Of a DNA stretch of 64,000 nucleotides, positions 1 through 8,441 are shown one piece after another (position 1 is the first letter of the stretch; each line of letters starts with the position of its first letter). Under the pieces are notes generated by a model. It saw nothing but the letters and a program-made list of their open reading frames with translations, made no database searches and had not been told where the DNA came from. The stretch is from a virus, in the IMG/VR virus record IMGVR_UViG_3300025151_004231, positions 32,001-96,000 of that record; one strand, 5' to 3'. Made by a program: the position numbers and the translations under genes.

Positions 1-85
1 GAGTCTCATTGATATTGTAATCTAATGTGAGATCGTGTCGCCAAGATTTTGATTGTGAGTATGTTACATGTAATTTTTTATACAT
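1..85 (-). CDS. hypothetical protein, partial (runs off the window start)
   Basis: ATG at 85, frame open to the edge (MYKKLHVTYSQSKSW...); TAAATA 5 nt upstream. Confidence 0.5.
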   Translation of the reverse strand, partial: MYKKLHVTYSQSKSWRHDLTLDYNINET

Positions 86-108
86 GCATATATTTAATTG
101 CTGTCAGG

Positions 109-522
109 CTATAGAGAATCTTTTGGCAGTTCCCAAGGACCATATGTGCCTTGATCCAATGAGATGTCAACCATATCTTTAAAACTATATGTCTTGTATT
201 CGTCTGAATTACTAGGATCAACATTGCCAACAGCATAATAGATTTGTTTGGGCATTTCAATAGTACGACCATTTGAATAGTCTAAGACAGTATCTCCTAT
301 CTCTACCCATGCATGACCATGTTGTACTCCCTTGATCGGCCCCTGACCTGTTACAATTGCATGTACAAGTTTGGCTTCAGGATGCTCTTTAAAAACTTCA
401 TAGAGTTTCTTATACGCCGCTTCAAAACAGTCACCAACAGGTGCTTCAAACTGATCATCAACTTCTAATAGTTGCCAGTTATCTCCGGTGTATTTTTCTG
501 TCAGAAACTCTACTGCTCTCAT
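109..522 (-). CDS. transglutaminase/papain-like fold protein with N-terminal capsid-targeting-like tag
   Basis: GDCFEAA...HAWVE...VLD gives a Cys-His-Asp pattern; start moved to MRAVEFLTE, 1 nt after the upstream stop. Confidence 0.55.
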   Translation of the reverse strand: MRAVEFLTEKYTGDNWQLLEVDDQFEAPVGDCFEAAYKKLYEVFKEHPEAKLVHAIVTGQGPIKGVQHGHAWVEIGDTVLDYSNGRTIEMPKQIYYAVGNVDPSNSDEYKTYSFKDMVDISLDQGTYGPWELPKDSL

Positions 523-523
523 C

Positions 524-940
524 TTATGTCCAAGACTTCTTTTTGCCTCCGTCATACTCTCTTGCATGACCTTCTTCCATTAGCATTTGACATATATCTC
601 TACCGTCAAACGTATATGGAATGCCTAAGATTCTACCATATTTGCCTTTACCTAATGATTGTATCTTAAACTTTTTGTTTTCTTCGCAGATTTCTTTCAG
701 TCTTGCTTTAGCGGCGAGACCTAAAACTTTTTCTTCTTTGTTTCTAGTTCTGCTTTCTGGTGTATCGATTCCTGCTAATCTAACTCTTTGGTTATATAAT
801 AGTACATTGAATCCTAGGTCCAATGTTACATCGATTGTGTCTCCGTCTACTACCTTAACAAGTGTACATTCATACACAAATGGTTCGACTTGTTTATTCT
901 GTACATTGATAGGCGTTTTTGATTTTTTTGCTTTTGCCAT
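524..940 (-). CDS. thermonuclease (SNase-like)
   Basis: VVDGDTI, RVRLAGIDTPE, KYGRILG motifs. Confidence 0.9.
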   Translation of the reverse strand: MAKAKKSKTPINVQNKQVEPFVYECTLVKVVDGDTIDVTLDLGFNVLLYNQRVRLAGIDTPESRTRNKEEKVLGLAAKARLKEICEENKKFKIQSLGKGKYGRILGIPYTFDGRDICQMLMEEGHAREYDGGKKKSWT

Positions 941-2493
941 TATCTTTTATTCCTTCCGACACCTTTAGTTGGTTGTCGTTTCTTAAATATATCAGTAACA
1001 TCTTTGCTACCGCCCTTTGTTATTGCTTTAGTATCTTTTGCAAAGTCTTTTGGTGTGTCATTCATTTTAACTTCTTCACCATCACCTTCACTTGGTTCGT
1101 CAATGACAGTTTTAGGTGGTGTGTTTGCTAGTTTAAATGAGAATCCACCCTTAGTAGGATCAGTTGCACCTGACTTAGATTCTAATGATACTTTACCTTC
1201 TAGTTTTGCAGGCCACTGAGTAGCAAATGTCATAACTTTAGGACCCTTTTTAGTACTTACATCAGCATATTGCTGAATAAAGTTCATATCTAAAATCTCA
1301 AGTATCACTTGCTGAAACTCTGGGAATGCTCCTCCCTCGTTTACTGCTTCCATGACTGCTTTCTTAACTACATAAGTAAGTTTACCTCCATCAGAGGAAG
1401 GCTTTTTAAATTCTGTATCTGCCCATAGACTTTCATATTCTTCCATTTCAATTGGATTCTGTGTCTTAAATGCTTTAACACTTTCTGATGCTTCATCAAT
1501 CGTTTGATCATTGAAAGGCAAGAAAGGTTTGAATTTATCTGGTATTGCATCAGGTTTATATCTTGCTAGTACGTTCATAGCATAGAATACTGAAGAAACT
1601 GTCTTAGGCGTTGGTATAGGGGCATCTGATTGACATATTTCAATGAACTTCATCGATGCTTCAAATGCAGGATTTTCTTTTATACTGTCTGGTATCTTTA
1701 ATCCGCTGATACTAGGTGGTGCACCTCCCCCTTTGCCTTTACTAGAAATATTAATTGTGTGATTTGTAGTTGCGTTTTTAATCGCCGCAAAACTGTCAGC
1801 AATATTTGTGTTAGCCGCACTCGGAAAGTTAATAATTAAATCACTAACACTACCACCTAACCATTCTTCAAAACTTCTACGTCTTGGAAAACGTGATGTA
1901 CCTTCAATTAATGCTAGTACTCCCAAATACTCTCCTGCATAATCATGTATAGATGCTCTAATCTTAGGAGGAACGTCATCAGGTATAATTGGATTCTTGC
2001 CTTCCATAATATCAATAGCCATCTGTACTACAACTTTACCGTACTCAGTAGAGTTTAGTGAGTCATTAGTAACGATTTCTTGACCTAATTTATTTGCTGG
2101 AATATCTTTATCTGTAATACCAATCTGAGATGGTTTGAGTACTGCTGTTTCTTTACCTACTTCTGTAGTAGATTCACCTTCATCTTGTCCAACGATTGCT
2201 TGTCCACCTAAGTCTGGTGTCTTTAATAATTTGCTAATAGGTAACTCTTCACCAGTTTCTAGTTTAAGTTTAATCGCACCTTTAAACTGATCTTCGTCTT
2301 TTAATCCTTGCAATCTATCTGCTTCACTAGGTTCTGCAATTACTGCTTCTCTATCTACAGTATAAAAGGCCATACCCGTACGAATCATCTCAATAAATTT
2401 GTCAAATCTTTCCTGATACTTATTGATTTGACTGGCACTGAGAGTTACATCTTCGTTGATTAAATCTAATGTGTTAAGTAATGAGTCATGCAT
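940..2493 (-). CDS. hypothetical late protein, possible PD-(D/E)xK nuclease-like domain
   Basis: long ORF; AGEYLG...FP...N.ADS...ISSK pattern; start at MHDSLL, 5 nt after TAAATA. Confidence 0.5.
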   Translation of the reverse strand: MHDSLLNTLDLINEDVTLSASQINKYQERFDKFIEMIRTGMAFYTVDREAVIAEPSEADRLQGLKDEDQFKGAIKLKLETGEELPISKLLKTPDLGGQAIVGQDEGESTTEVGKETAVLKPSQIGITDKDIPANKLGQEIVTNDSLNSTEYGKVVVQMAIDIMEGKNPIIPDDVPPKIRASIHDYAGEYLGVLALIEGTSRFPRRRSFEEWLGGSVSDLIINFPSAANTNIADSFAAIKNATTNHTINISSKGKGGGAPPSISGLKIPDSIKENPAFEASMKFIEICQSDAPIPTPKTVSSVFYAMNVLARYKPDAIPDKFKPFLPFNDQTIDEASESVKAFKTQNPIEMEEYESLWADTEFKKPSSDGGKLTYVVKKAVMEAVNEGGAFPEFQQVILEILDMNFIQQYADVSTKKGPKVMTFATQWPAKLEGKVSLESKSGATDPTKGGFSFKLANTPPKTVIDEPSEGDGEEVKMNDTPKDFAKDTKAITKGGSKDVTDIFKKRQPTKGVGRNKR

Positions 2494-2504
2494 GATAGTA
2501 TTTA

Positions 2505-3008
2505 TCAGCATTTCTTTAAACACTGATGCTCAAACCATTTGGCTTGCTTATGTACAGTTTTTAATGACAAGCCATAACTGTTGATTTTTTCTCTGTGTTT
2601 AAAAAATGAAGGTCCGTGAGACATAATAGGCTCCCAACCTTTTTTGACTCGTTTGACTCCATCGATGTCCCATTGATATTGATGTGCCATTTCATGTGCA
2701 AGTGTATCGATAAACCACAGTCTACAAAACCACTTATCACTAAGTTGTATTTCGCAACATGATGTAGTCTTTAATGGACGAGGTCTTCCTGCGTCACTAC
2801 AACACATTGCCCACCATGACTGTCTAGCATGAAATGAAAACTTTGGCATGTTAAGTTCGTTATTAAAACATGTAGCATTTAATACTCTCCATGTTTTACG
2901 TGCTACCCATTGATTAGGTCTGAAAGGCAATCTCTTTTGCTGAGAGATTGTAGGTAGTTTTTCGTTTATCCAAAAGTTAAGAAGACGTTCTGCTTTTTCC
3001 TTTTGCAT
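2505..3008 (-). CDS. SprT-like zinc metalloprotease
   Basis: TLAHEMAHQYQ and SHGPSF motifs; GAGGAG RBS. Confidence 0.85.
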   Translation of the reverse strand: MQKEKAERLLNFWINEKLPTISQQKRLPFRPNQWVARKTWRVLNATCFNNELNMPKFSFHARQSWWAMCCSDAGRPRPLKTTSCCEIQLSDKWFCRLWFIDTLAHEMAHQYQWDIDGVKRVKKGWEPIMSHGPSFFKHREKINSYGLSLKTVHKQAKWFEHQCLKKC

Positions 3009-3075
3009 ATCTGTTGCTCCTCTGTGTATTAAATTATTTATAAATTTGTTAGGGTAAAATAAAAAACATACGGTG

Positions 3076-3104
3076 TTGACTTACTCATAAATACAATGTA
3101 GAAT
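3076..3104 (+). promoter_or_regulatory. sigma70-type promoter with embedded TAAATA
   Basis: TTGACT-17 nt-TAGAAT; TAAATA at 3088-3093. Confidence 0.6.
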
Positions 3105-3125
3105 GTAATCCAAAAGGAGATAAAA

Positions 3126-3425
3126 ATGGAAAATGAAATTTCAGTCCTATTAGGCGTAGCAGTTGTTGCCGCTGTCTTTTATTTTTATAGTAAAAGAGAT
3201 AAAAAGTCTGGTACTACACCGACTACAGTAACAACTCCTAAGACTCCTGCTAAACCAAGAGCAAAAGCGGCTCCTAGAAAAAAGGCTCCTGCTAAAACTG
3301 CTCCTAAGAAAGCGGCACCTAAGAAGACTACTGCTAAGAAAGCGGCACCTAAGAAGGCAGCACCTAAGAAGGCTGGCCCGAAAAGAGGTTCTGCAAAAGC
3401 AAAGCCTAACTTGCAAGTAAAGTAA
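3126..3425 (+). CDS. membrane-anchored protein with histone H1-like Lys/Ala/Pro tail
   Basis: N-terminal hydrophobic helix followed by KKAAPKK repeats; AAGGAG RBS. Confidence 0.8.
   Translation: MENEISVLLGVAVVAAVFYFYSKRDKKSGTTPTTVTTPKTPAKPRAKAAPRKKAPAKTAPKKAAPKKTTAKKAAPKKAAPKKAGPKRGSAKAKPNLQVK
3265..3385 (+). repeat. coding tandem repeats (about 15 nt, KKAAP)
   Basis: repeated CTAAGAAAGCGGCAC-like units. Confidence 0.75.
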
Positions 3426-3435
3426 GGCATAGTAC

Positions 3436-4167
3436 ATGATCGATATCGGGTTTGATGTAATCAGTGATCTGAATTTAGAACCTAATGACTCTTTTAATTG
3501 GCATGATAAGCCTACAAGTTTATATTGCATATTAACAGGAAACATTAGTTCTGACATGAGAACAGTAACACAAACCCTGGTGCACCTAAGCCAGCAATAT
3601 CAAGGTGTCTTTTATACACCCGGCATGCTGGAATATGATGAGTGCGATGGTGATATAAATCATAGAACTTCTCAATTAGTAACAATAGCACAAAAGGTCC
3701 CTAATATTGTTATCTTACATCACAACATAGTGATTATAGATGGCGTTGCTGTTATTGGTAGTAACTGTTGGGAAACTGCACATGAGCCCGGTAAATCTAT
3801 ATCAATCGATGATTTAAAGTATAATCAATATCGTTTAGATGATATGGGCTTTTTGCACAAAACTATAGAAAAACTTCAACGTCATTTAGATGTTAAAAAG
3901 ATTGTAATTGTAACGAACGGTGTCCCTAATGAAAACTGTTACTTTGGTCAAGTGCCTGAGTATGTTGAAACTCAAACACCACTAGATACTATTTTAAATG
4001 CAGATAGTGAAAGTAAAGTTACTCATTGGATCTATGGATCATATGATAAACCTGTTGAAGCAACTTTAATACTTCCCCGTAAATCTGATATTCAGTGCGT
4101 GAGCAATCCCCTAGAAGGGAAGAATGTCAAACAATTCAACCCTAAAAGAATTTCTGTTTTAGTTTAA
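3436..4167 (+). CDS. calcineurin-like metallophosphoesterase fold, degenerate metal site
   Basis: ISDLNLE, LTGNI, PGMLEY and WIYGS sit where SDLHLE, AGDI, GNHEY and WxxGH are expected. Confidence 0.7.
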   Translation: MIDIGFDVISDLNLEPNDSFNWHDKPTSLYCILTGNISSDMRTVTQTLVHLSQQYQGVFYTPGMLEYDECDGDINHRTSQLVTIAQKVPNIVILHHNIVIIDGVAVIGSNCWETAHEPGKSISIDDLKYNQYRLDDMGFLHKTIEKLQRHLDVKKIVIVTNGVPNENCYFGQVPEYVETQTPLDTILNADSESKVTHWIYGSYDKPVEATLILPRKSDIQCVSNPLEGKNVKQFNPKRISVLV

Positions 4168-4478
4168 GATTCTGCTTCTACTTTGATTTGAAGTGGGTAA
4201 CCCTTTGAACGTGCTTCCAGTGTGACTTCGATGCCTTTTTGTTCTGCAATTTCATAAGGTAAAACTGCTACCGTTGCCGCGCCGTCTCTATGAATGTCGG
4301 CTGTGATATTAGATGCGGTATCTGGATTGTAAGAAAAATAGTCAACTAATGTGTCAACAACAAACTCCATTGTAGTTACTTCATCATTGATGTAAATAAC
4401 TTTAAACAAAGGTGGTTCCTGCAAAGCATGATTTGGCTTAATTTTGCTTTCTGTCGTTGTATCAAATTCTTGTGTCAT
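4164..4478 (-). CDS. clpS: Clp protease adaptor ClpS
   Basis: PPLFKVIYINDEVTTMEFVV, IHRDGAA, YEIAEQK, YPL motifs. Confidence 0.92.
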   Translation of the reverse strand: MTQEFDTTTESKIKPNHALQEPPLFKVIYINDEVTTMEFVVDTLVDYFSYNPDTASNITADIHRDGAATVAVLPYEIAEQKGIEVTLEARSKGYPLQIKVEAES

Positions 4479-4504
4479 AATCGTTCCTTGGTCTTAGAGT
4501 TAAA

Positions 4505-4532
4505 TGTGTGCGTAGCCGAAACTACGCACAAC
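4505..4532 (-). terminator. stem-loop between hsp20 and clpS
   Basis: GTGCGTAG-ccgaaa-CTACGCAC inverted repeat. Confidence 0.55.
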
Positions 4533-4546
4533 ATACCTCTATTATA

Positions 4547-5005
4547 TTATTTATCAGAGGAGATGTCAATAGTTCTGGGTTTGAGTTCCTCAGGTAATTG
4601 ACGTTCTAAGATAACTTTTAAGATTCCATCTGTCATCTTAGCATCTTTCACGTAAACGTGATCTGCTAATGTAAATGATCTCTCAAAGTGTCTTGCACTG
4701 ATTCCTCTGTGCAAATACTCCAGTTCATCATCGACATCTTCTTTTACTTTAGATGCGATTTTTAACTGATTTTGATCTACTTCAATAGAAATACTGTCTT
4801 TACTAAACCCTGCGACTGCAAGTTCGATAACATAATTGTCATCGTCATGCTTAACTACATTGTAGGGTGGATAGTTATCCTTCCCAGCAACTGCGGCTAG
4901 TCTATTAAGGTCATTAAAGATCGAATCGAAACCGATTCCAAATTTATGTATTGAGGGTATATCTAAAGATTTTAGATGTAGGGCGGTTGGTATATTGCTT
5001 GTCAT
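4547..5005 (-). CDS. small heat shock protein Hsp20 (IbpA-like)
   Basis: NYPPYNV, IELAVAGF, YLHRGIS.R.F.R.F.LA, DGIL motifs. Confidence 0.95.
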   Translation of the reverse strand: MTSNIPTALHLKSLDIPSIHKFGIGFDSIFNDLNRLAAVAGKDNYPPYNVVKHDDDNYVIELAVAGFSKDSISIEVDQNQLKIASKVKEDVDDELEYLHRGISARHFERSFTLADHVYVKDAKMTDGILKVILERQLPEELKPRTIDISSDK

Positions 5006-5057
5006 AATATTCTCCTTTTTAAAGCAAGATTAAAGTTTGGACCCTTTCGGCATCCAT
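5006..5057 (-). promoter_or_regulatory. ROSE-like RNA thermometer in the hsp20 leader
   Basis: GGAUGCCGAAAGGGUCC hairpin, then UCUUGCU positioned to pair with the AAGGAG SD. Confidence 0.6.
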
Positions 5058-5137
5058 GTGAATAAGAAACCTATCTTTTTCACATATGTATTTATCATTA
5101 TATAATGATAAAAAAGTATTTTTCAAGTAATTTTGGG

Positions 5138-5434
5138 TTAATATTTTCGACTTCTAGGACCACGTGATCCTAACTCAGTGGCTTGTCTTTTCTTTTCACG
5201 TTTGATAGCCATTGCCTTTTTGATTTTTCTTTTGTTTGTTGGCTTTTCATAAAACTCATTCTTTTTTATGTCATCTATTAAGCCAGAGTTTGAAACTTTC
5301 TTTTTGAATTTACGTAATGCTTGATCTACGTTGCCGTCTACAACAATAACTTTATTGCCTAGAGGTTGTTGAACGAATTTCTTCTTATCGTTAAATCTTT
5401 TTCCTTTATGTTTATTATTTCTATTATATGTCAT
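5138..5434 (-). CDS. rpsU: 30S ribosomal protein bS21 with basic N-terminal extension
   Basis: NVDQALRKFKKKV, EFYEKPT motifs. Confidence 0.9.
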   Translation of the reverse strand: MTYNRNNKHKGKRFNDKKKFVQQPLGNKVIVVDGNVDQALRKFKKKVSNSGLIDDIKKNEFYEKPTNKRKIKKAMAIKREKKRQATELGSRGPRSRKY

Positions 5435-6636
5435 TTAATTGGTTGTGGGTTGATTATTAATTCCTTGTCTATATTTAGTTCAGTTATACCTTTCTTTTTA
5501 TATTTTCCTGAATTGAACATATGAGGTCTTAAAACTCTTTCTACTTCTGTTTGTAAGCCACGTGCACCTGTTTTTTGTTGCATACAATTAATTACTATTT
5601 CTTCAATCGCATCGTCAGTAAAAGACAGATCAATCTCATCAATTGAAAAAAGATAGGTATATTGATCAATAAAGTTATTCTTAACTGTAGTCAATACTTT
5701 GATTAGTTCTTGTTTAGATAATTCTTCTACATTAATTGTTGTAGGGAATCTTCCAATAAATTCAGGAATCATTCCAAACTTCATTAAGTCATCTGCTTTT
5801 ACATCTTTAAAATGTCCAGACTTCACTTCGTCTTTTAATTCACTACCGAAACCTATATTTGTACCAGTCGTTCTAGCCTTCACAACGTCTAGTAGACCAT
5901 CGAAGGCGCCACCTGCGATAAAAAGTATGTCTTTAGTATTAACTTCAATGAGGGGCTCCTGTGGGTGCTTACGTTTGCCGTGTTGAGCAACACGACATGT
6001 TGTACCCTCTACTATCTTTAAAAGTGCTTGTTGAACGCCCTCTCCGCTTACGTCACGTGTGATAGAAACGTTCTCACTCTTACGTGCTATTTTATCTATC
6101 TCGTCAATAAAGATAATACCACGTTCTGCTTTTTCTACGTCACCGTCGGCTCTGGCTAACAACACACTTATCATGCTGTCTACGTCTTCACCTACATACC
6201 CTGCTTCTGTCAAGTTAGTTGCATCAGCAACAATAAATGGAACGTTAAGATATTTTGCTACTGTTTGAGCAAGTAAAGTTTTACCGCACCCTGTTGGTCC
6301 TAATAATAAAACATTACCTTTAGCAATTTCTAAACCTTTTGGTGGAGGATTGAATACACGTTTGTAATGATTTGTGATTGCTACTGCTAATACTTCTTTG
6401 GCAGATTGTTGACCGACTACCCACTTATTCAAATGTCTTAAAATAGCATATGGTTCAACTTTTTCAATAACATCTGACTGTTCATTTTTGTTCTCGACCT
6501 TTTCTTCTTCTATTAAAGTTTGGCACAGTACAACACAATCCGAACATATGGCAACACTTTCTCCTACAATTAATTTTTGGACACTGTCCTTGTGAGTGCC
6601 ACAAAAAGAACAATGAAACTCTGCTTTATCAGTCAT
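5431..6636 (-). CDS. clpX: ATP-dependent Clp protease ATP-binding subunit ClpX
   Basis: C4 zinc-binding domain, GPTGCGKT, DEIDKI, RDVSGEGVQQALLK, IGF loop, GARGL. Confidence 0.96.
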   Translation of the reverse strand: MTDKAEFHCSFCGTHKDSVQKLIVGESVAICSDCVVLCQTLIEEEKVENKNEQSDVIEKVEPYAILRHLNKWVVGQQSAKEVLAVAITNHYKRVFNPPPKGLEIAKGNVLLLGPTGCGKTLLAQTVAKYLNVPFIVADATNLTEAGYVGEDVDSMISVLLARADGDVEKAERGIIFIDEIDKIARKSENVSITRDVSGEGVQQALLKIVEGTTCRVAQHGKRKHPQEPLIEVNTKDILFIAGGAFDGLLDVVKARTTGTNIGFGSELKDEVKSGHFKDVKADDLMKFGMIPEFIGRFPTTINVEELSKQELIKVLTTVKNNFIDQYTYLFSIDEIDLSFTDDAIEEIVINCMQQKTGARGLQTEVERVLRPHMFNSGKYKKKGITELNIDKELIINPQPIK

Positions 6637-6645
6637 ATATTCTAC

Positions 6646-7611
6646 TTATCTTATTGAATTTTCTGGACAATTCTTTGCTGAGGACACTGCCAAAGTAAGT
6701 TCAGTTGTTCCCTGAAAATTATGTAAATCTTGTTCATTTATAGGGTGCATTATAAAACTGCTAGTTTCTTTATCAGTGTGAAATGTCAAACCCCCGCCTG
6801 TGTACGTATATAATGCTCTTCCACTATCCCAAGATTTACCAGGGGTATACCTTATACTTTGTACACATGTATTTATAGAAGGGTCTCCAAGTAATGAATT
6901 AATACTTAATGACACATAATCGTTTCGTCCAAACACTTTGCGTAGTTTTCTGTACAACATTTGGTCAGTAATGTAGACACGTTCATCACCAAATGTGATA
7001 TATGTACGACCTCCCCTGTCACCCTCAAATAAAGTTAAAAGTTCTTGTAGTGCTACCAAATATTTTTGGTTCCATGATACCGTAAAAGGAACATGTAAAT
7101 AATGTTTGTTAGGATTATGATAATCAGCAACCACATTGAAATCGTGAGGTGTTATATTGATAGCCTCACTAGGAAAATACTTTAGAGTATTGTCAAGTAA
7201 CTTTTGTCCATCTACATAACCTTCTTTGTATAATCGTATTTGGGCTTTGATGTTATCAACATTAAAACTTAATGGATTGTGATTGCTACTCAATAGAAAG
7301 TTCTTTAACTTAGAACTGGCTACAGAAACATTCACTACAACTTTATGTAAGTTTAAGTCTCTAATGTAGATATGATGTTGAATTTGATATGTATTAATGT
7401 ATCCTGCACTATATGATAAGATTTGATTATGCACTATCTCACCATTCTGCAAGTGACGTTCAGTATCTAATATGACACCTACTTCGTTGTCAATTGCTAC
7501 TTTAAATGCATTATTAAGTGCTATCTCTAATGTGGGACCTTCTCCCTCGACTTGCATTGCATATGCCGCGGGAGAAGTAAGTATGAATAAGACCGCGAGA
7601 ACTAGTCTCAT
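6646..7611 (-). CDS. exported hypothetical protein
   Basis: signal peptide (AAYA); 321 aa ORF. Confidence 0.65.
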   Translation of the reverse strand: MRLVLAVLFILTSPAAYAMQVEGEGPTLEIALNNAFKVAIDNEVGVILDTERHLQNGEIVHNQILSYSAGYINTYQIQHHIYIRDLNLHKVVVNVSVASSKLKNFLLSSNHNPLSFNVDNIKAQIRLYKEGYVDGQKLLDNTLKYFPSEAINITPHDFNVVADYHNPNKHYLHVPFTVSWNQKYLVALQELLTLFEGDRGGRTYITFGDERVYITDQMLYRKLRKVFGRNDYVSLSINSLLGDPSINTCVQSIRYTPGKSWDSGRALYTYTGGGLTFHTDKETSSFIMHPINEQDLHNFQGTTELTLAVSSAKNCPENSIR

Positions 7612-7621
7612 ATAATAACTC

Positions 7622-8350
7622 CTAGTTGAAATAAGGTGCTATATCGTTTTGAATTGTTTCTGCTCGTTCTCTATGCCATGTTGCAGTGATTTGAATCAAT
7701 TGATCATCTTTCTGATCAACTTCAAAAACTGTTCCTCGCATGATTGCTTGTGCGTTCCCTCTGACTACTGTGTTGAGTTCCCTCACAGTGTCGTTAATAT
7801 TAGAACGAACAGCAAAGTTCATGTTTGGAGAATTAGGATCTCTTGGTGCCATCGGCTCACTGCTCGTAATGCCAACAACTGCTGGTAGTCTTGGAGCATT
7901 TACATTGTTTTGCCCTGTACCTTTGATTGGATTACGATAAGTGTCATCTGCTTTTTCAACATTTTGAGCCATAAGAGTTACTACTCTTTCAGTAGTAATA
8001 TCTTCGTTGATGAATCTAGCAATCATTGCCATTGATTCAAGTTGACCTATCTGATTTGCAGACTGACCATTAAAATTAGTGCCACCGTTTGATGGAATAG
8101 TAATGGTTGCTTCAATCGATTTGATCTCGGATTCTTTACATGTAAGATTAAGAGTCCAACCGTTTCTGTCAATACATTCCCAGTTGACTCTGATACCATC
8201 GTCTTCAAAGAATGTGCTGAGTTTTTGCTGAGTGACTGCTGTAGTCTTAGGGACTTCAACGTTGTCTGCTTTTTTGCCACCGAACATTGAACAACCCGTT
8301 GTGGTTACAATCAATGCTGATAACAATACTACATTTGAAATGTTTTTCAT
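7622..8350 (-). CDS. lipoprotein, hypothetical
   Basis: lipobox-like TTGC after a hydrophobic stretch; GGAGG RBS. Confidence 0.7.
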   Translation of the reverse strand: MKNISNVVLLSALIVTTTGCSMFGGKKADNVEVPKTTAVTQQKLSTFFEDDGIRVNWECIDRNGWTLNLTCKESEIKSIEATITIPSNGGTNFNGQSANQIGQLESMAMIARFINEDITTERVVTLMAQNVEKADDTYRNPIKGTGQNNVNAPRLPAVVGITSSEPMAPRDPNSPNMNFAVRSNINDTVRELNTVVRGNAQAIMRGTVFEVDQKDDQLIQITATWHRERAETIQNDIAPYFN

Positions 8351-8441
8351 ACTTACCCTCCTAACTTGGGCGTTATTAATTTAACTTACTTTCTATTATA
8401 TGAAATTGAAAAGGATTATGCAATACTTTTGGGTAATTGAT

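Noticed and set aside
3265-3385. Possible CRISPR-like repeat
   Set aside because: In-frame 15-nt coding repeats without unique spacers; no cas genes
3150-3557. Antisense ORFs over the histone-like gene (also 38078-38689, 53680-54069)
   Set aside because: Shadows of Lys/Ala repeat coding on the other strand; no RBS
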